Assembly (NCBI GenBank): GCA_046563655.1
Contig: CM102284.1
Coordinates: 6,262,001 to 6,326,000, forward strand
Direction: 5' to 3'
Origin: Yuukianura sp. NJ FZ-2021
Taxonomy: Eukaryota
DNA: 64,000 nt
The position numbers were made by a program, and so were the translations under genes. The notes beneath the pieces were generated by a model. It saw nothing but the letters and a program-made list of their open reading frames with translations. It did no database searches and was not told the origin of the DNA. Positions 28,244-57,919 of the stretch are shown here, one piece after another; within the stretch, counting starts at the first letter, position 1; every line of letters begins with the position of its first letter.

Positions 28244-31200
28244 CCCAGGTCAAGTGGCACTGACACTAGGTCAACTTCACACATTTTTATGTGTCCCACC
28301 GCAGGAAGGACAATGTGATGCACGTTTTGTGTTTGTTCTTTCTGTTGAATTAAAGTACTTCGGACTTTCTCTTTTCGCCAACTTTCCTTCTGGTCTGTTC
28401 TGTTTTTTGACGATTTGACCTCTCGTAAGGCTTGACTTTGGAATTCTTGAGTCGACTTGACCTTTGACCTCTGAAGCGTTTTACTAAAAAAAAAATTTGG
28501 TGCTTTTCTGTGTAGTCTCAACTTTCCCCTGACTTTGCTGTTCTTCGTTCTTGTGACAAACTTGCTACAAAATTGAACGTTGACAGAAATACTTTTGAGT
28601 GAACTTTTTTACTGTTTCAGATTTGCACAAATTTTTTTTTTGTCAAAAAATTTGAAAATGTCACTGCGCATGTGTCATCTGTCCAAAATTTAACAACTTG
28701 TTACCATGACAACAATTCGTCTTCTTAAAAAATTCCAGAAGTCACTTTTTGCCTGACTACAATTTTGGCTCACTCCATAGCTGGGAGTCAAAAATTTTTG
28801 AAAATTTTGATCATTTTAGAACTTTGAAAAACTGGAACTTTTTGTACAAAAGTACCAAATTGTCCTCTTTTTTTACACTAAACTTTTTGTGACACTTTTC
28901 GATACTATAAAACGGTCCGAGAAAGTGGACGAAAAAGTTGTGTTTTTGTCCAAAACTTTTTTTTTACTACAAAAAAAAACTTTCTACTCAAGTGAAACTT
29001 TTTGCACAAAACTTTTTGGTTTTCAGCTCCCTTTTTTCGTAGTTTTTGGCAAGTTTACGAGTCGTTTTCACCAAAACGAAATCGTTTTTTTCGTCCGAAC
29101 GGAGTGTTTCTTTTTTTGTGGAAAACGGAGTTTTGTTCCTAAAAAGAGAAAGTCCAAGGCACACACTGTTCTCCAGAAGGCTTCAACTGTTCGTCTGAGT
29201 CGTTGGGGTTGGTGGCCGAATGACTTTTGTGCTTACACTGACTTGCCTTCTCTTCTTCTTGTGCTCACTTCCTCTCCCGGTCAAACTTTCCTTCCAGACT
29301 ATGAACAGTTTCCTAAATGGGGACAAGGAGCTTTTCCCTTATTTTTTCCAATTTGTTTTACCAAAGCAAAAGCACACGACTCACTCCTGCACGATAGTAA
29401 AGTAGTAGTAACTTTTCTTCCAAAAGGAATAATTGTACCAAAACCAAAAAAAATGCTAGACTTACAACGAAAGGTTAGGTTTAGCCTACTATGTGCTTTT
29501 AGAAGGACAAGGAAGAAGGAGAAGGAGGAACAGGAAGATGCTTCTGTCGAGAGATTTAGTATAAGGAAGAAGCGTGTGCTTCTTCTTCGTGGTCCAATCC
29601 ACCCGTTTTTCAAAAAAAACTACCCGGATTTTTTTCTTTCGGGTTTTTCAAGACAGTATGTCGGGCAATTTTGGGAGTTTGAAGTTTTTGGAGCTCGGAG
29701 CTCCTAAAATCTAAAAGCCAAAAATAAGTAGTCTCCCTTGCCTTTTTTTCGTCGTGTTCATTACGTTCTCGTTCCTTACTGCTACTAGTACTAACTTGTC
29801 TCAAGATTTTTAGAACTGTTTGAACGTGTAGAGAAAAAAACGGCCTGAGTTTTTATTTATAGGACTTGGTAAAGTTTATAAACCCCGAGAAAAGTTGTAC
29901 GTAAATTTCTAAACGTAGTAGAACGAGAAGATGCAAATGGGAAAGTGAGGGAGTTTGGCATTTTTTTTTCTGTTTTAGTTCCAACTGTACTTGTGCTTGT
30001 ATCTTTCCCACTTAACTCACTCAACTTAAGTAGATTAGCAGCTAAGAACAAGTTTGGAACTTTTTTTTAGAACAGAAAAGTTGAGGACATTTCAAAACGT
30101 TGATTTTGAAATTTTGAGACAAACTAACAGGAAAGAATCAAAATGTGGAGCTTAAGTTTTTTGGAACTGAAGAAAGTTGAGCGCATTTGCGAAACACCGA
30201 TGCAAAAATTTTGCTTTCAAAAACAAGAACTTTTCAATTAAGTTGCAGATTAGTCGATAATTTTGAATTTTGATTTATAGTAGTGCAGTACAGAAACGAT
30301 TTTTTGTAACTACTACAATTCAAAAATTTCGCAATTTCATGACGCATTTTTTGAGCAAATTGCAATTTTTATTAATAGTTTTCGATATTTTTGTTATAAT
30401 AACTTTTAACATATTTTTTGAATTTGTGAGAACTTTCCTGCTCATGTTTTTTTTAGTGAAAGTATTTTTTTTAAACAAAGTGAAAGCAAAAGACATAATT
30501 TGAGCCTACACTGTTTTAGCATTTACTCTTTTACTTTAAAACTAATTCATTATAGTTCATAATTTTTAACTAAAACTTATGATTAAATATGCTTTTTTAA
30601 CTTCTTTCCCATTTCAAATAACAATTGACACTTTTTTGTTTCATTTTCTTTTGCTTTGATATGTCTTAAATAAGCCTCTGTTCCTTAATTAGCAAAAACT
30701 CTTAGTTAATTAACAGTTTAATAACACGCAATAAAAGTTTTAACAATATAATTACGTTTTGTATTAAATTTATAACTTTTTAACAACAGTCGAGTGAATG
30801 CATAATGGATACTTTTTTGCGATCGAGCAAAATTTGAGTGTTTTGTCAAAATTGATTGTTTTTTGAAAATTTAGCACCTTATTTGAAATCAAGATCTCAA
30901 AACTAAGTTTAAAAAAAACTGCAGTTTGGGAAATTTTATTACCATTAGAAAGGTGTTAGTTTTTAGTCTCAAAAAACTTTGAAAAAAAGGAACAACAAAA
31001 TATTTATGGAGTAAAAAATGTTGCTAAAGCTGTCATTGTGCTACTAAAAAATTTCACCATTTTTTTCAAATTTACTTTTCCTAATAAATCTAACTTAAAA
31101 AAATGTTTGTAATTCTTTGTGGATTTGCCAAATAATGCATCTTTTTGAAGGATGATTTTTTCATGTTCCTGTTTTTGAAAAAAGATTTAAAAAAATCAAG

Positions 31201-32002
31201 GACTATAGGACATTCCATGATGATTTTAGTTTTTAAGAAACATTTTAGCTTGTAAACTTTTTGTTTTGGTTGTACTCGTACAGTGCAAAAATTCTGCTGA
31301 TGTGGCGTCTCATCGTCTAGTCTTTGTTTTTTGGCTCGTGAGAGTTTGCAAATATTTGGAGAAAACAGAGAAAAACAACATAAAATAAAAATTATCGTGC
31401 AAAAATTGTTGGCAATTTTAGAAATTTTGTTTTGAATCCAGCAATTTCGAAACTTTGCGAATTTTGATTTTTGAAGAAGGCATGAACTTTGCAATTTTTC
31501 TTTAACTTTTAGCATAGTTTACGTTTTTGCAAAAGTTTTTGCACATAGAATACTGACATAATTGAGAAAATTTCACAAAAGTGGATGGCCGGATCAAAAA
31601 TTTTTACTTGTTTGTGGAGCCATGAATTTAACTTCATTTCGTTGTAAATTTTGAATTGTGCTGTTTTACGCTTTTTTGGAAGAATTTTGATCAAATTATT
31701 TTTGATCCAATTACACTAGTTGATCAAATCTCTCGCACGCGAGAGTAATAATACTGTGATGAATCAAATACTGGGATTGGTTGTTCTTTTCACACCTCTG
31801 AAGGTGTGAACAGTTAATTAAGGTATAATTCCATTTTATTGTGGAGATGATTGTTGTTAGGTTGAATGTTGATTGTTAGGTTGATTGTCTGTTTACTGTA
31901 GAGCAGTCTAACCTTGACACCCCCGAGGGGGAAGGGGGTCAAGTGATGGTTCCTTTACAGGCTTGAGTAAGGACCATCCGTTAGTGCTCTACATAACAAT
32001 AG

Positions 32003-46760
<14,758 letters not shown>

Positions 46761-49400
46761 CTTGACCTCTGACCTAACCTAACAACTTTCAAAAAGTTTG
46801 AAACTGGTGTCCTGTGACCCCTATGACCCTAGAACACTGTGTCCCGGAACACTTTTGTTCCAATCCATAACTTGAGCAGCACTTTTACTTTGGGTTTTAG
46901 TTTAGTTTGTCCAGTTGACTTTAGTTTTTGGGAGAACGAGTGGAGTGATGATGCTCAGATGGGTTTGGAGTCCTTTTTATTATTAAAGTCTCCACTGTTT
47001 CCATTCGCTGCTCCTGCGACTTTAGCCCAGTTTCCACCAAAAGGCTTCTGGTTCAAGTCAACTTGGAGTCTGAGACAAGGCGCAGCAGTGACATGGGGAA
47101 AAATCGAAGAGAACGAGGAGGGATTAGGAGCTAGAAGCGCTATAGAGCCCACGTTCTAGAAAGCGCTGTTCAGCGCTACATGGTTTACATAGGTTAGGTT
47201 TCAATGCTAAGTCTATGGGCAAGGGGAAACCATGGCAACGGAGAGGAAAACAGAGAAGATGCCAATACCCGGGTTTTCTGGATTCCACCACTTCGGGTCT
47301 GCTTTTAGAGCTTTTTCAGAAGTTTCCGAAAGGAAACGGCTTGTTCAATAGTTTGAGAGTCAGCACTTTTCGGAAACTTTTTTTCATTTCAAATAAGGTC
47401 AAATGGACGAAGACAAAAGCTTCCAATATCTACTCATCAATTAACACGGGTTAAGAACATAGCTTAACTTAGTTTTTAGGACTTTTTGCGCAGGACTTTG
47501 CATGTCAAATGATCATAGGATATGACTTTTCATTAGGCAAAACGGCTTTTCAAAAAAGTTGGCTTTACTGGACTTAATCGAAGTCTAAATTTTGTGGTTT
47601 TCGATCCAATGGACTAAAAAAAGACTCTCAGACTAAAATGACCTTTTGAAGCTTGTTTTTGGAAATGTTTTTAATTTTTGATTTGATGACAGCGGTTTTT
47701 CATTAATCAACAAACATAAAACAGACAAACATGAATATTCTGTCTGAAATGAATGATTTATGATGGTGATAGTTTGTGGCCAACGAGAGGTCATGTAGAA
47801 GCAGAGTCAGTTGACCTCTTGTGGTCAATTTTGCATGAAAAGTTACGTAATCGTACCGCCTTTGTAGATTTTTGCGGTAAAAAATTAAGGAATTGCGCAA
47901 CAACTCTCAAACTTCAATTTTTTGTAAAATTGAAAATGAAATATTCGCCATTTTCGAAACTTTACTTATAGAAGTGTTCAAATTTAAATTTCATAATTTT
48001 CAAAAGCTTTTACTTTACATAAATGTGAAAATTTTGAAATAAAATAAAAACTTATGAAACGCTGCTGCTTTTATACCAAAATCAACTAAAATTGTTACGT
48101 TTCAAAAATTAAGACAGCTTTTGAAAATTAAATTGTGAAGAGAAAGTTTCCAAAACCGGAGAAAGTTCGTCGTTTGTGGTGCCTTTGTTATAAAATGCAG
48201 AGTAATTTGAGTGTTTGAATGGGAAGAGACATGGAAAGTATAGTTTTGAGGACTGACTGACGTCAATAGCACCCTAGTTTGCCCTCTTTTTTTTTCAAGG
48301 TCAGGTCAAGAAAGACTCGAAACGCCGGCGCACCTAATGAAAACTAAACTTTCTTCCACCACCCACCCACTCCAGTCGTCAGCGCAGAACAATCAGAGCC
48401 AGGAGTGGCTCTTTCGGGGAGTTCGGAAAGATGGGAAGTGGGGCAGCAGCGTGTTTGCTAAGTCTTGGATTTTAGGTTAGGCCTAACCTAGAAGCCTAAC
48501 TTTTTAGGTTATGTCAAGGGAAGGAACTTTTTGCACACTTTTTTGTTTCGTCAGAGGATGGGAGTGAGCGCGAGCGGTATGAGGTAGGAGGGAATCAATA
48601 AAAAGTGATAGGAGAAAGTAGAGTGAAAGTAAGCGTCCAGGGAGTAACTTGTTCAAGGGGCGAGTAACTTTAACCTTAAAAGTTAATTAAAAGTTAATCA
48701 CAGTTAATTAACTTCCGGAAGAGCAGGATCTAAGTATTTTGTTTCCGTTAGTTCAATGTGTGGACGTCCATGTCGCATCTAAGTAGATTCAAAACGAGGA
48801 ATACGCCATCCCAGAAAACGTCGCTTCGCTGGGGAGACTACTGCTTTCACGCCTACGTTAGCCATCATCCCGCCCAGAAGAGTCTTTTAAGCCAAATCGT
48901 CACAGTCTCAGCCAATACTAATCGAGTTCCTGCAAATTAAGCAAACCCTGACCTTTAACCTTTCCAAAAAATTCTTCAATAGGGAAGAATTTTCAAAATT
49001 TCTGTAGACGTTAGCCAAAGAGTGACTTATATTTTGTCTAAGGACGTGTGTCTTCCGTTGGTATCGTGAAACAGGAATCAAAAATCTACATTCGATACTA
49101 CTTTATCCGAAGAAGGTAAATTTTTACAAATGTACAGTGGCTTTTTTTTGTCTACAAATGAAATTTTCATTTTCAACGATTAGAATGAGCAAACTTTTGA
49201 AAAACTTGAATATTTTCAAATTCTCAGTAAATTTTGGTTGTGGCAAATTCTCAGTAAATTTTGTGTTTTTAGACAAATTCGAAGTAAATTTGAAATCTTT
49301 TTTTTTTATTGATTTCTGACGATTTCTAATCGATTTTTCCCGATTGATTACAGGATAACTTCCTAAGGTTAACAAGAGGAAGAAAAGCGAGTGAATCAAG

Positions 49401-52133
49401 ATGTTGATCGGTGGAATCATTTCTATTATTTTATTTTACTTATTGATTTTGGGAGTGGGGATTTGGGCTGCCCGTAAGAAAGAAGGCGGGAATGACTCGG
49501 AAGAGGAAGTCATGTTGGCTGGCAGGAACATCGGAATGTTCGTCGGCATTTTTACAATGACGGCGACATGGGTCGGAGGTGGCTACATCAATGGAACGGC
49601 CGAGGTCATCTACACTTCTGGACTCTGGCAGTGCCAAGCTCCCTTTGGCTACTCAATGTCTCTCATTTTTGGTAAAAATTTGACCGAATTTTGAAAATAC
49701 TAAAAATTGGGGAATTGGTAAAAATGTTTTAGTTTACACCGAACACATTTTCCGTTTCCACTTTTTCAAAAACCCGCACTGTACTTTGAAAGTCTGAAAA
49801 AAGGTACTTATTTTGTTTTCTTTTTCAAAATTCGACAAACGAGTGAGTATTTAGAAATTTTTACACATGCACTTCTGCACCTTAGCACATCTTCGTTCGC
49901 ACCAACCCAAAATCCTTGCAGCACTTCCACGCCACTTCAGGAAATTTGTAAGGTTTAACAGTGCAATATTTTTGGAGAACTAGTTACTTCCATCAGAGGA
50001 AACACTTTTTAACCTTTGACCCATTTCAGGCGGAATATTCTTTGCCAATGAAATGCGGAAGCAGGGGTACGTGACGATGTTGGATCCGTTGCAAGATGCC
50101 TTCGGAGAGCGCATGGGCGGACTTCTATTTCTGCCAGCACTTTGCGGTGAAGTGTTCTGGGCAGCCGGAATCCTTGCGGCACTTGGAGCGACATTGGCTG
50201 TCATCGTGGACATGGATCACAACACGAGTGTCATCGTATCAGCATGTATTGCCATCTTCTACACGCTGTTCGGTGGACTCTACTCCGTAGCTTACACGGA
50301 TGTCATCCAACTGTTCTGTATCTTCATCGGCTTGGTAAGCAATCAAGATTTTCTTTTGGATTTAGAAAGTTCTCCAAGTTTTGAGTAAAATTTTGTGAAA
50401 TTTTGAAATTCTGAATTCGGTTTTCAGTGGATGTGCATCCCGTTTGCAGTTTACAACGAAGCTGTTGGGAGTCTGATAAACAATGAGCATGACTGGATTG
50501 GGAAGGTGGAAAAGAAAGACTATGGGCCGTGGATCGACTATGCCTTATTGCTAGTTTTTGGCGGAATACCATGGCAGGTTAGACTTAGACAACGAAATGC
50601 TGGATGAACTTTCGTAATGATATCAAATTTCGATCGATTTCAAAAAAGTTCTCATTTTCTGAAACGTAGGTGTACTTTCAGCGCGTTTTGTCCAGCAAAA
50701 GCGCATTTCGGGCTCAGATTCTGTCGTACGTGGCGGCATTTGGATGCTTCATTATGGCTCTACCATCGGTTCTCATCGGAGCTGTGGCTCGTGTCACAAG
50801 TGAGCCAATCAAAATTCAACTTAGCATGAAATGTTGAAAAAATTTGGAAATTTTGAAAAATTTCAAAAAATTTCCCTTCTTAATTTAGATTGGAATGAAA
50901 CTGGGTACTGGGATATCTACGGGAAGTCACCCATGGACATGAACCAGTCTGAGATGATTTTGCCACTGGTGATGAAATACTTGAATCCACCAATCGTGTC
51001 ATTCTTTGGTCTCGGCGCTGTCTCAGCCGCTGTCATGTCTTCGGCCGACTCCAGCGTCCTCTCTGCCTCGTCCATGTTTGCAAGGAACATCTACAGATTA
51101 ATATTCCGCCAGCGGGTGAGCTTTCTCAAAATTTTGAAACCCAATTTCAAAATTTCTGAAAATTTCAAATTTCTGACATTTGGAATTTCCAGGCCTCTGA
51201 AATGGAGATTATCTGGGTTATGCGCGTGTCAATTTTTGTAGTAGGAGCTCTTGCAACCGTCATGGCACTCACGATTCCCAGCATCTATGGACTTTGGTAA
51301 ACCAGAACTCAAAATTTCTCAAATTTTTGAAAAATTTGAAACTTGTTTCTCAAAATTTTGATTTCTTGAAAACAGGACGATGTGTTCAGACTTGGTGTAC
51401 GTTATTTTGTTTCCTCAACTGATCATGGTAGTTCACTTTCGTCACTACTGCAACACCTACGGCAGTCTGTCTGCCTACATCATTGCACTTCTGTTCCGAT
51501 TGGGCGGTGGAGAGGCCATGCTTGGTCTTAAAGCCTACATTAAGTACCCCTACTACGACGAGGCTGAAGGGGTCCAGCGATTTCCATTTCGCTCTTTCTG
51601 TATGTTTCTGTCGCTGTTTACACTGGCTGCAGTGTCCAAGCTCACTGATTGGCTCTTCCACTCGGGCACACTGGATCCCAAGTGGGACTACTTCCGCTGT
51701 GTCGTCAACATTCCAGAAGATCGACTCAAGGTGGATGAACCAATCGAAGGAGGTGAGCTCACCACCATGACAGGTTAGTCGTGCTCAAATTGATCAAAGT
51801 TTTAAAATACTTGCAAGTATCTTAAAACAAGTTTTGTTTGTAGCTGCAATGGTGGCGAAGTACTGCGCTATGGACGAAATGAACGGTCGGGTGAATCCAG
51901 CTATGACGAACAGCGACACTGAAGATGAAGAAGAAGTTGGAGCTCCCGGAAAAGTTCGGCTGGGTTCGGCAAAACCCGGAGCGGCAATCAACGTTCCAGC
52001 AAACGCCATTCCGGCCCCACGAGCAGTCCCACCACCAAAAGCCCCACGATCTCCGCAAGTTCAGAGTGAAGATGAAGAAGAGAAGCGGCCAGGCAGCGTA
52101 CGCAGTGTGAAGCAATACCAAACGAAGCTCTAA
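49401..52133 (+). CDS. ChT: High-affinity choline transporter (SLC5A7/ChT), 8 coding exons
   Basis: [125 protein letters not shown]. Confidence 0.97.
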
Positions 52134-53744
52134 ACTCAAGTGCCCCACCATTGGCCCCACCTCTCAAACATTTGCCCCACTTGTGACGACTCTTCAAACG
52201 AATTGAAACATATCAACCAACCCTTAACCACAAACCCATCCACTCTCACGTAGTTTTCCTAAAGGAATTGAACATATCAAAAGAAGATTCAGAAGAATCT
52301 CACTATCATTGTATTACAAATGTAGAAGTTAGTAAAAAACTAAAGAGAGGTCAAGGTCAATGACTTTTGTGTTATGTGAGGTCAAGGTCATCATCACAAC
52401 TGCAACGGAAACATATCAATAATACGAAAAGAAACATATCATCTCTACAAAAGAGAGAAATTTAGTCAAATTAGATGGAAAACGAGACTTGTCTTTAGAG
52501 AAAGATATTATTAGCAAAAGAAATTAACTTTAATTAATAAGTTAATTAAAAGTTAGTGATAATTACATAAAGGAGGAGGAGTTAATCAAGATCATTCTTC
52601 TGGGATTCAATGTGATCTTCTGAATTATGGTGGTGCTAAAACTAATAGAACAAAGTATTGTAAAACAGCCTCTATATAGATCCTTCAGTACCGTAAAGTT
52701 CCAACTACACTTGGATATTTTTTGTATCAAAAAGTGACAATTTTGTTAGGTTAGTTCAACAATCTCAACATATCTGACCGCAGGTTCAAATTTTCCTGGT
52801 CAATTTCAAAATTTTGTTTACATTTTGAAATTTTTGTTGTTCAGATTTGTGTTGTTTTTTGAGAAACTTTTCTTTTGAGGTGAAAGCAAAAAGAGAAAAG
52901 TGAAAGCAATCACTCACCCGTAGTCGTTCCAAAAATGTATATGAAAAATATATATATAGAAATTATCACATCAGGGAAAATCTAAAAAGATATAAAAATA
53001 AAAAATTTGAAAAAAAATTTCAATGAAATTTCAAATTTTTTCAAAATTGAGTTGAATTTTTGTCGTTTTAAGAGATATCCAATGCAAAACGAAGGTGATA
53101 ATCAAAACATCTGTGTTGCAAAAGTAATTTCAAACTTCTGAAAATCATTTTTTTTTCAAAAAGCTCAAACCCTATGCAAATAACTAAAGTTTTATTGCCA
53201 TTAAATTACAATTAAAGTCAACTTCAGTCAAAGTTAAACTAAACTTAAACAGTTAGCTATGAGGGACACGTCATAAATTACTAACAGCAGAAAGTTAGTC
53301 GTAAACTAAACAGGTTTTTTGCAACTAAACTAATTAACACTCACTTACTAAAGAATTCAAGCTATTACAAAGTGCATGCAAGATTTTGTAAATTCGCAAA
53401 AACAATCCCCGCTTTAAATGCAAGTAGAGTCAAAGGATTTTGTAGGTCAAGGGGCTTGATTAAAAGAGGAAACGGCTACCTTGATACTTTTTGCAAATAC
53501 TTGGCATCAAATTCGCCAACTTTTTTGCCAAAACGGAAATAGTTGCTAAAACAGGTTGAGAAATTTTCACAGTTCATGCAAAACATTTTCTAGGTCAAGT
53601 TCAAGACATGAAAAAATAAACAACTTTCACTTGTGTATGTTCTTTGTCTTACTTTAGGTCGTTGTATCCAGTAACTTTTAAACCTTATGCCTTATTTTAA
53701 AAATGTGGAGTTTTCAAAATTTTGAACTTCATTTTTGGAAGTTT

Positions 53745-56700
53745 TTAGATGTAAGAAGTATGGAAGACGGCAATACTTGGCTCCACTTTGGTGTCCCTTA
53801 GAGGGAGCCCTTCAGTGTCAATGGCAGGTTCAGCGTAGCCTTCCGTAGGACTCTTGCGTCCAATTCTAAGGGGCTTGAAGGACTCCAGATACTGGCTACT
53901 GCTGTCTCTTCCACTTCTGCGACCGTGAGCGTGACCTTGGGCGTGACCTTTACCTTGAGTGTGACCTTGACCCAGATCCAAGTTCAAATTCAAATTTTCG
54001 AGACGACTGCGTTTCTTGTCCCGCGGTTTCTGCCTGAGGGCATCAACCAAGTCCGCAGTCGAAACGGCTGGAGATGATCTTCTATAAGGCGATTGATTTT
54101 CAAGAGAATCTTCGTATCTACTCGGAGCTTTACGGTAGTACGAACTCGTTTTTCGGCTTTTGTAAACCGGTGTCGGCGGCCTGTAGCTTCCATCGTCGTC
54201 GTCGCCATCCACTTGCTTCAATGTGGAGTATCCAGTGTTGCCATAACTGGGCCAAGCTGCTACTGAACTCTTGATGGTACTGTAAGAGTCGTCACTGCCG
54301 TAAGTGGTGTACTTGGTAGGTCTGCCGTATACCGTGACCCTGCTGGGCGTTCCATATTCGTCCAAGGGACTCGAGAAGGCCCCACCCGGTGGGCCATATT
54401 CGGGTCTCGGTGTACTGTATCCACCACTATTCGAATTTGAGTAGGTGGAGGGCCCTTGAGTATCGAAAGTTAGTGAAGGAAAGTTGTTTTGAACGTAGGC
54501 GGGGCGGGGTGTAGTGGCTCTAGTTGCTGAGTAGCCACCATATCCAGCTCCTGGGACGTTATTAGTTGTTGGTGGGGCGGCGAGGTACGACGAAGATGTT
54601 GGTGCGGCCGGGGTCTGCGTCACTGGTGGGGCATAGGTGGCTTGTGGTGGGGCAAAAGTGGCTTGCGGTGGGGCATAAGTAGCTGGTGGCTGAGGCTGTT
54701 GCTGTGGCTGGGAATACTGCTGCGGAGCATTTGTGTTAAACGTGGCAGTAGTTGGTGATTGGATGGAAGGAGATGGAACGTTTCCGTAAGCACCCGAGGA
54801 ACTGGAGGCGGGAGATCCGTAACCGGGTTGATTGGAGTTGTAGTTGTTTTGGTTGGAACTTTGACCTTGATATCCTTGGCTAGTGGGTGAACCATAACTG
54901 TTTTGATTTTGCGCGCCGCTTCCGCCTTGGCCGTAGCCACCAGTGTTGAAACTAGCTTGACCGGAGTTTCCTGATTGGCCATAGTTGGAGTTTTGGTTAA
55001 AATTTCCCGCGGGTGCACCGTAGTTTTGATTTTGACCTGCGTTTGAATTTTGAATTTGGCTGTAGCCCCCTTGACCTTGACTGTTGCCACTTTGACCTTG
55101 ACCGTAGCCTCCTTGCCCTTGATTGTTGCCGCTTTGACCTTGGCTGTAGCCACCTTGACTGTTGCCGCTTTGACCTTGGCTGTAGCCACCTTGAGTGCTG
55201 CCGCTTTGACCTTGGCTGTAGCCACCTTGAGTGCTGCCGCTTTGACCTTGGCTGTAGCCACCTTGACTGCTGCCGCTTTGACCTTGGCTGTAGCCACCTT
55301 GACTGTTGCCACTTTGACCTTGGCTGTAGCCACCTTGACTGTTGCCACTTTGACCTTGGCTATAGCCACCTTGGCCGTAGCCACCTTGACCTTGGCTGCT
55401 GCCAGTTTGTCCTTGACTGTAGCCACCTTGACCTTGACTGTTACCACTTTGACCTTGACTGTAGCCACCTTGACCTTGACTGTTGCCACCTTGACCTTGT
55501 CCGCCATATCCTGAATTTTGACCATAGTTGTTTTGATTATTTCCGGAAGTAAAAGTGTAACCCGTGGGTAGAAGTGGAGCTTGCAAAATGTTTTGGTTGA
55601 TGTTGCTGCCTTGTGATCCAGATTGACCATAGCCTTGACCTTGACCTTGACTTTGTTGTGTAGATTGTACTGGCGGTTGTAGTTGCTGGGATTGAAATTG
55701 CTGAAAGTTATTATTGCTACTGGCTGGTTGCATTACAAATGAATTCCCTCCTTGATTGTTGTTATAATTGTTGGTTCCTGTTGGATATTGATTGGTTTGT
55801 TGAGGATAATTTGAGGATGAACCCTGCGACGCTTGCCCTGTCGGAGGCCCTTGGTAAGTTTGTGGAAAAGACGATTGAAAAGACTGTTGGGATGGTGGCC
55901 CATAGGACGACTGTTGACCCGTTGACCCTTGACCTTGGAACCCGCCGAATCTTGTGCCTGGTGGACCATAGGCATTTCCATTCTGCGAATTGGGGTACCC
56001 TCCCCCTGGCGCCCCACTTTGACCCCCTCCTGACCCCTGGCCGCCCGAATTGGAATTATATGAGACTCCTGGAGCTTGAGCATTATTCTGCTGAAAGCCG
56101 TAGGAGTTAGATGGGGAATTGAAAGAATTGACTTGATTGTTGCCATTGGAAGGACCGGTTTGAGGGAGTTGCTGTTGACCTTGTTGTTGTCCGCCAAATT
56201 GCCCCCCTGAGCCACTTCCTGCGCTAAAAGAAAGCAAACCATCAACTAAACTTTCGAAATACAAATTCCAACTGCCTTAGTATAAAAAAACTAGTCAACT
56301 TAGATTTTCATTTGTATCGAACCACTTACTCTTGTCTAACTGACCTAACATAAACTTTAACTAGTTTTAACAACGATTTTTCATTGGATAAGATCACCTT
56401 GACCGAACTGTGATTGGCTAGACCACTGCGACGGTACTGATGGAAGGCTATACTGCGGCTGATTTGCAAATGGATGATTGTTCGTTCCAAATTGAGCTAC
56501 GGCTGGAATCGGAGCATCTCCGGACATCAACATTTGACCTTGACCGGCGACGAGGGCTGGTTGAGCAGGAGGATGATGCTGGGGGTCAGCAGGGTTGCCG
56601 GTCATGCCTGGTACACTGGCAATTACTTTGTTGGAGATTGAAGAGGGGGAGTAGATGGGATCGGGGTACTGGACCAGTGGATGATCCGGTGGAACATTCC

Positions 56701-57919
56701 CTGAAAATTTAGAACTTGTAAAAATTTGCTGAGCTAAGGGAGTTGCCTGTAAAGCGAAAGTCACAAGGGCTGTAGTAATTTTTGAAAAACTGACTTTCTA
56801 GGTTAAAATTTTTGAGTTGTTAGTTAAAATTAAATTGTAAAGGGTTATGCTTTTAGGTAGTAAGAGTGAGAAAGTTAGGGAAAGCAGCCTAATGTACAAG
56901 CAGGGTGGGGAGCTGTAAGCGTACCTAATTGAATTGTAACGTAACTACCTCCAAGCAACAGTCTCGCAAAGTTTCCAATGCTCCGAGTTAGGCGAGTTCC
57001 ATTTTCGGATGTAGGTTCGTCTGTAATTGAAAATTCGAAACCAATTTCAAAATTTTGTAATTAAATATCGCCAAATTTAAAACCAGACTCAAAAACTTCA
57101 CAATTTCAACTTTGAACTCAGCAATTTCGTAGGTTTATCATTGTTGTAACCAACCTAGTTTACAAGGGAAAAAAATGGAGAGTCACAAGGACATGTTTGA
57201 AAGTGAAAGCCTCTCAAATGCAATTTCGCACTTTCATTCATCGCAGAAGAAAAAACGCCCTTTACACCAAGAGTTGAACTTAAAACGAAACGAACGATAA
57301 AAAAATATGGAAAAACCGGTATTTGTTAAGAGGTCAAGAACTGACCACTGCTCTTCAATGCACATTAATCAGACACTTTTTTCTGTACTTTTGAGAGCAT
57401 AAAAATGAAAGCTCAGTTTAAGTTTTTAAAACTTTGGGCGTTTCAAGAAAAACATTTTTTTTTTCAAAAAATTCAGCTAAACAATTTTCGTTAGCTACTG
57501 ACTCAAAACTTATATTCCTACTCTAGTCAACTTTCGTTTTCTGCTTGTAAACGAATTTTTCGTTCTAATGTGGAAATTTTTAACTACGTTTTGAAATTGA
57601 GTCAATAAGTTCAAATTTTAAATTATGAAGATAATCAAAGAATAAGTTAACCTGTTTCATTATCCAGAGTCTTTTCCTCTTCTTTTGCACTGCTGATTCC
57701 AATCAGAAGAACCTGCAATGTAAAATATAATAAAATTATATTAATATAATACTATATTATTCGGAATCATATTTTACTTTGCCATATCTACAGGCATCTG
57801 GAACATGTAACTGAGAAAAGTACGGTGAAAACCCTGTTTTTCGATGTGTAATTTTTCAGATGGCTTTTAAGTTAGGTTTGAAAAATTTTATGACTTACCA
57901 GCAGGAAGACCTTCAACAT
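53745..57919 (-). CDS. Large (~980 aa) secreted low-complexity Gly/Gln/Ser/Asn/Tyr repeat protein (resilin/silk/cuticle-like). Exons 57919-57899, 57712-57652, 57020-56949, 56700-56398, 56218-53745
   Basis: Spliced signal peptide MLKVFLL|VLLIGISSA, an RLTR|S proprotein-convertase-like site and in-phase GT-AG joins. The long open frame carries GGYSQGQSGNSQ repeats and YG[AP]P/YAPP motifs. Confidence 0.8.
55060..55500 (-). repeat. Coding tandem repeat with 36-nt (GGYSQGQSGNSQ) and 42-nt (GQGGYSQGQSGNSQ) units
   Basis: Near-identical tgaccttggctgtagccaccttgactg units, about 11 copies. They keep several reading frames open. Confidence 0.9.

Noticed and set aside
28889-29707. 272-aa plus-strand ORF upstream of vein
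   Set aside because: F/K/L-rich translation of poly-T/poly-A tracts with a GTG start and no recognisable domain. Probably non-coding.
54620-55630. ORFs with VKVAT, LTLAVAT or CSHLDCC repeats in other frames and strands
   Set aside because: They are shadow frames of the GGYSQGQSG coding repeat, with no independent start, signal or splice support.
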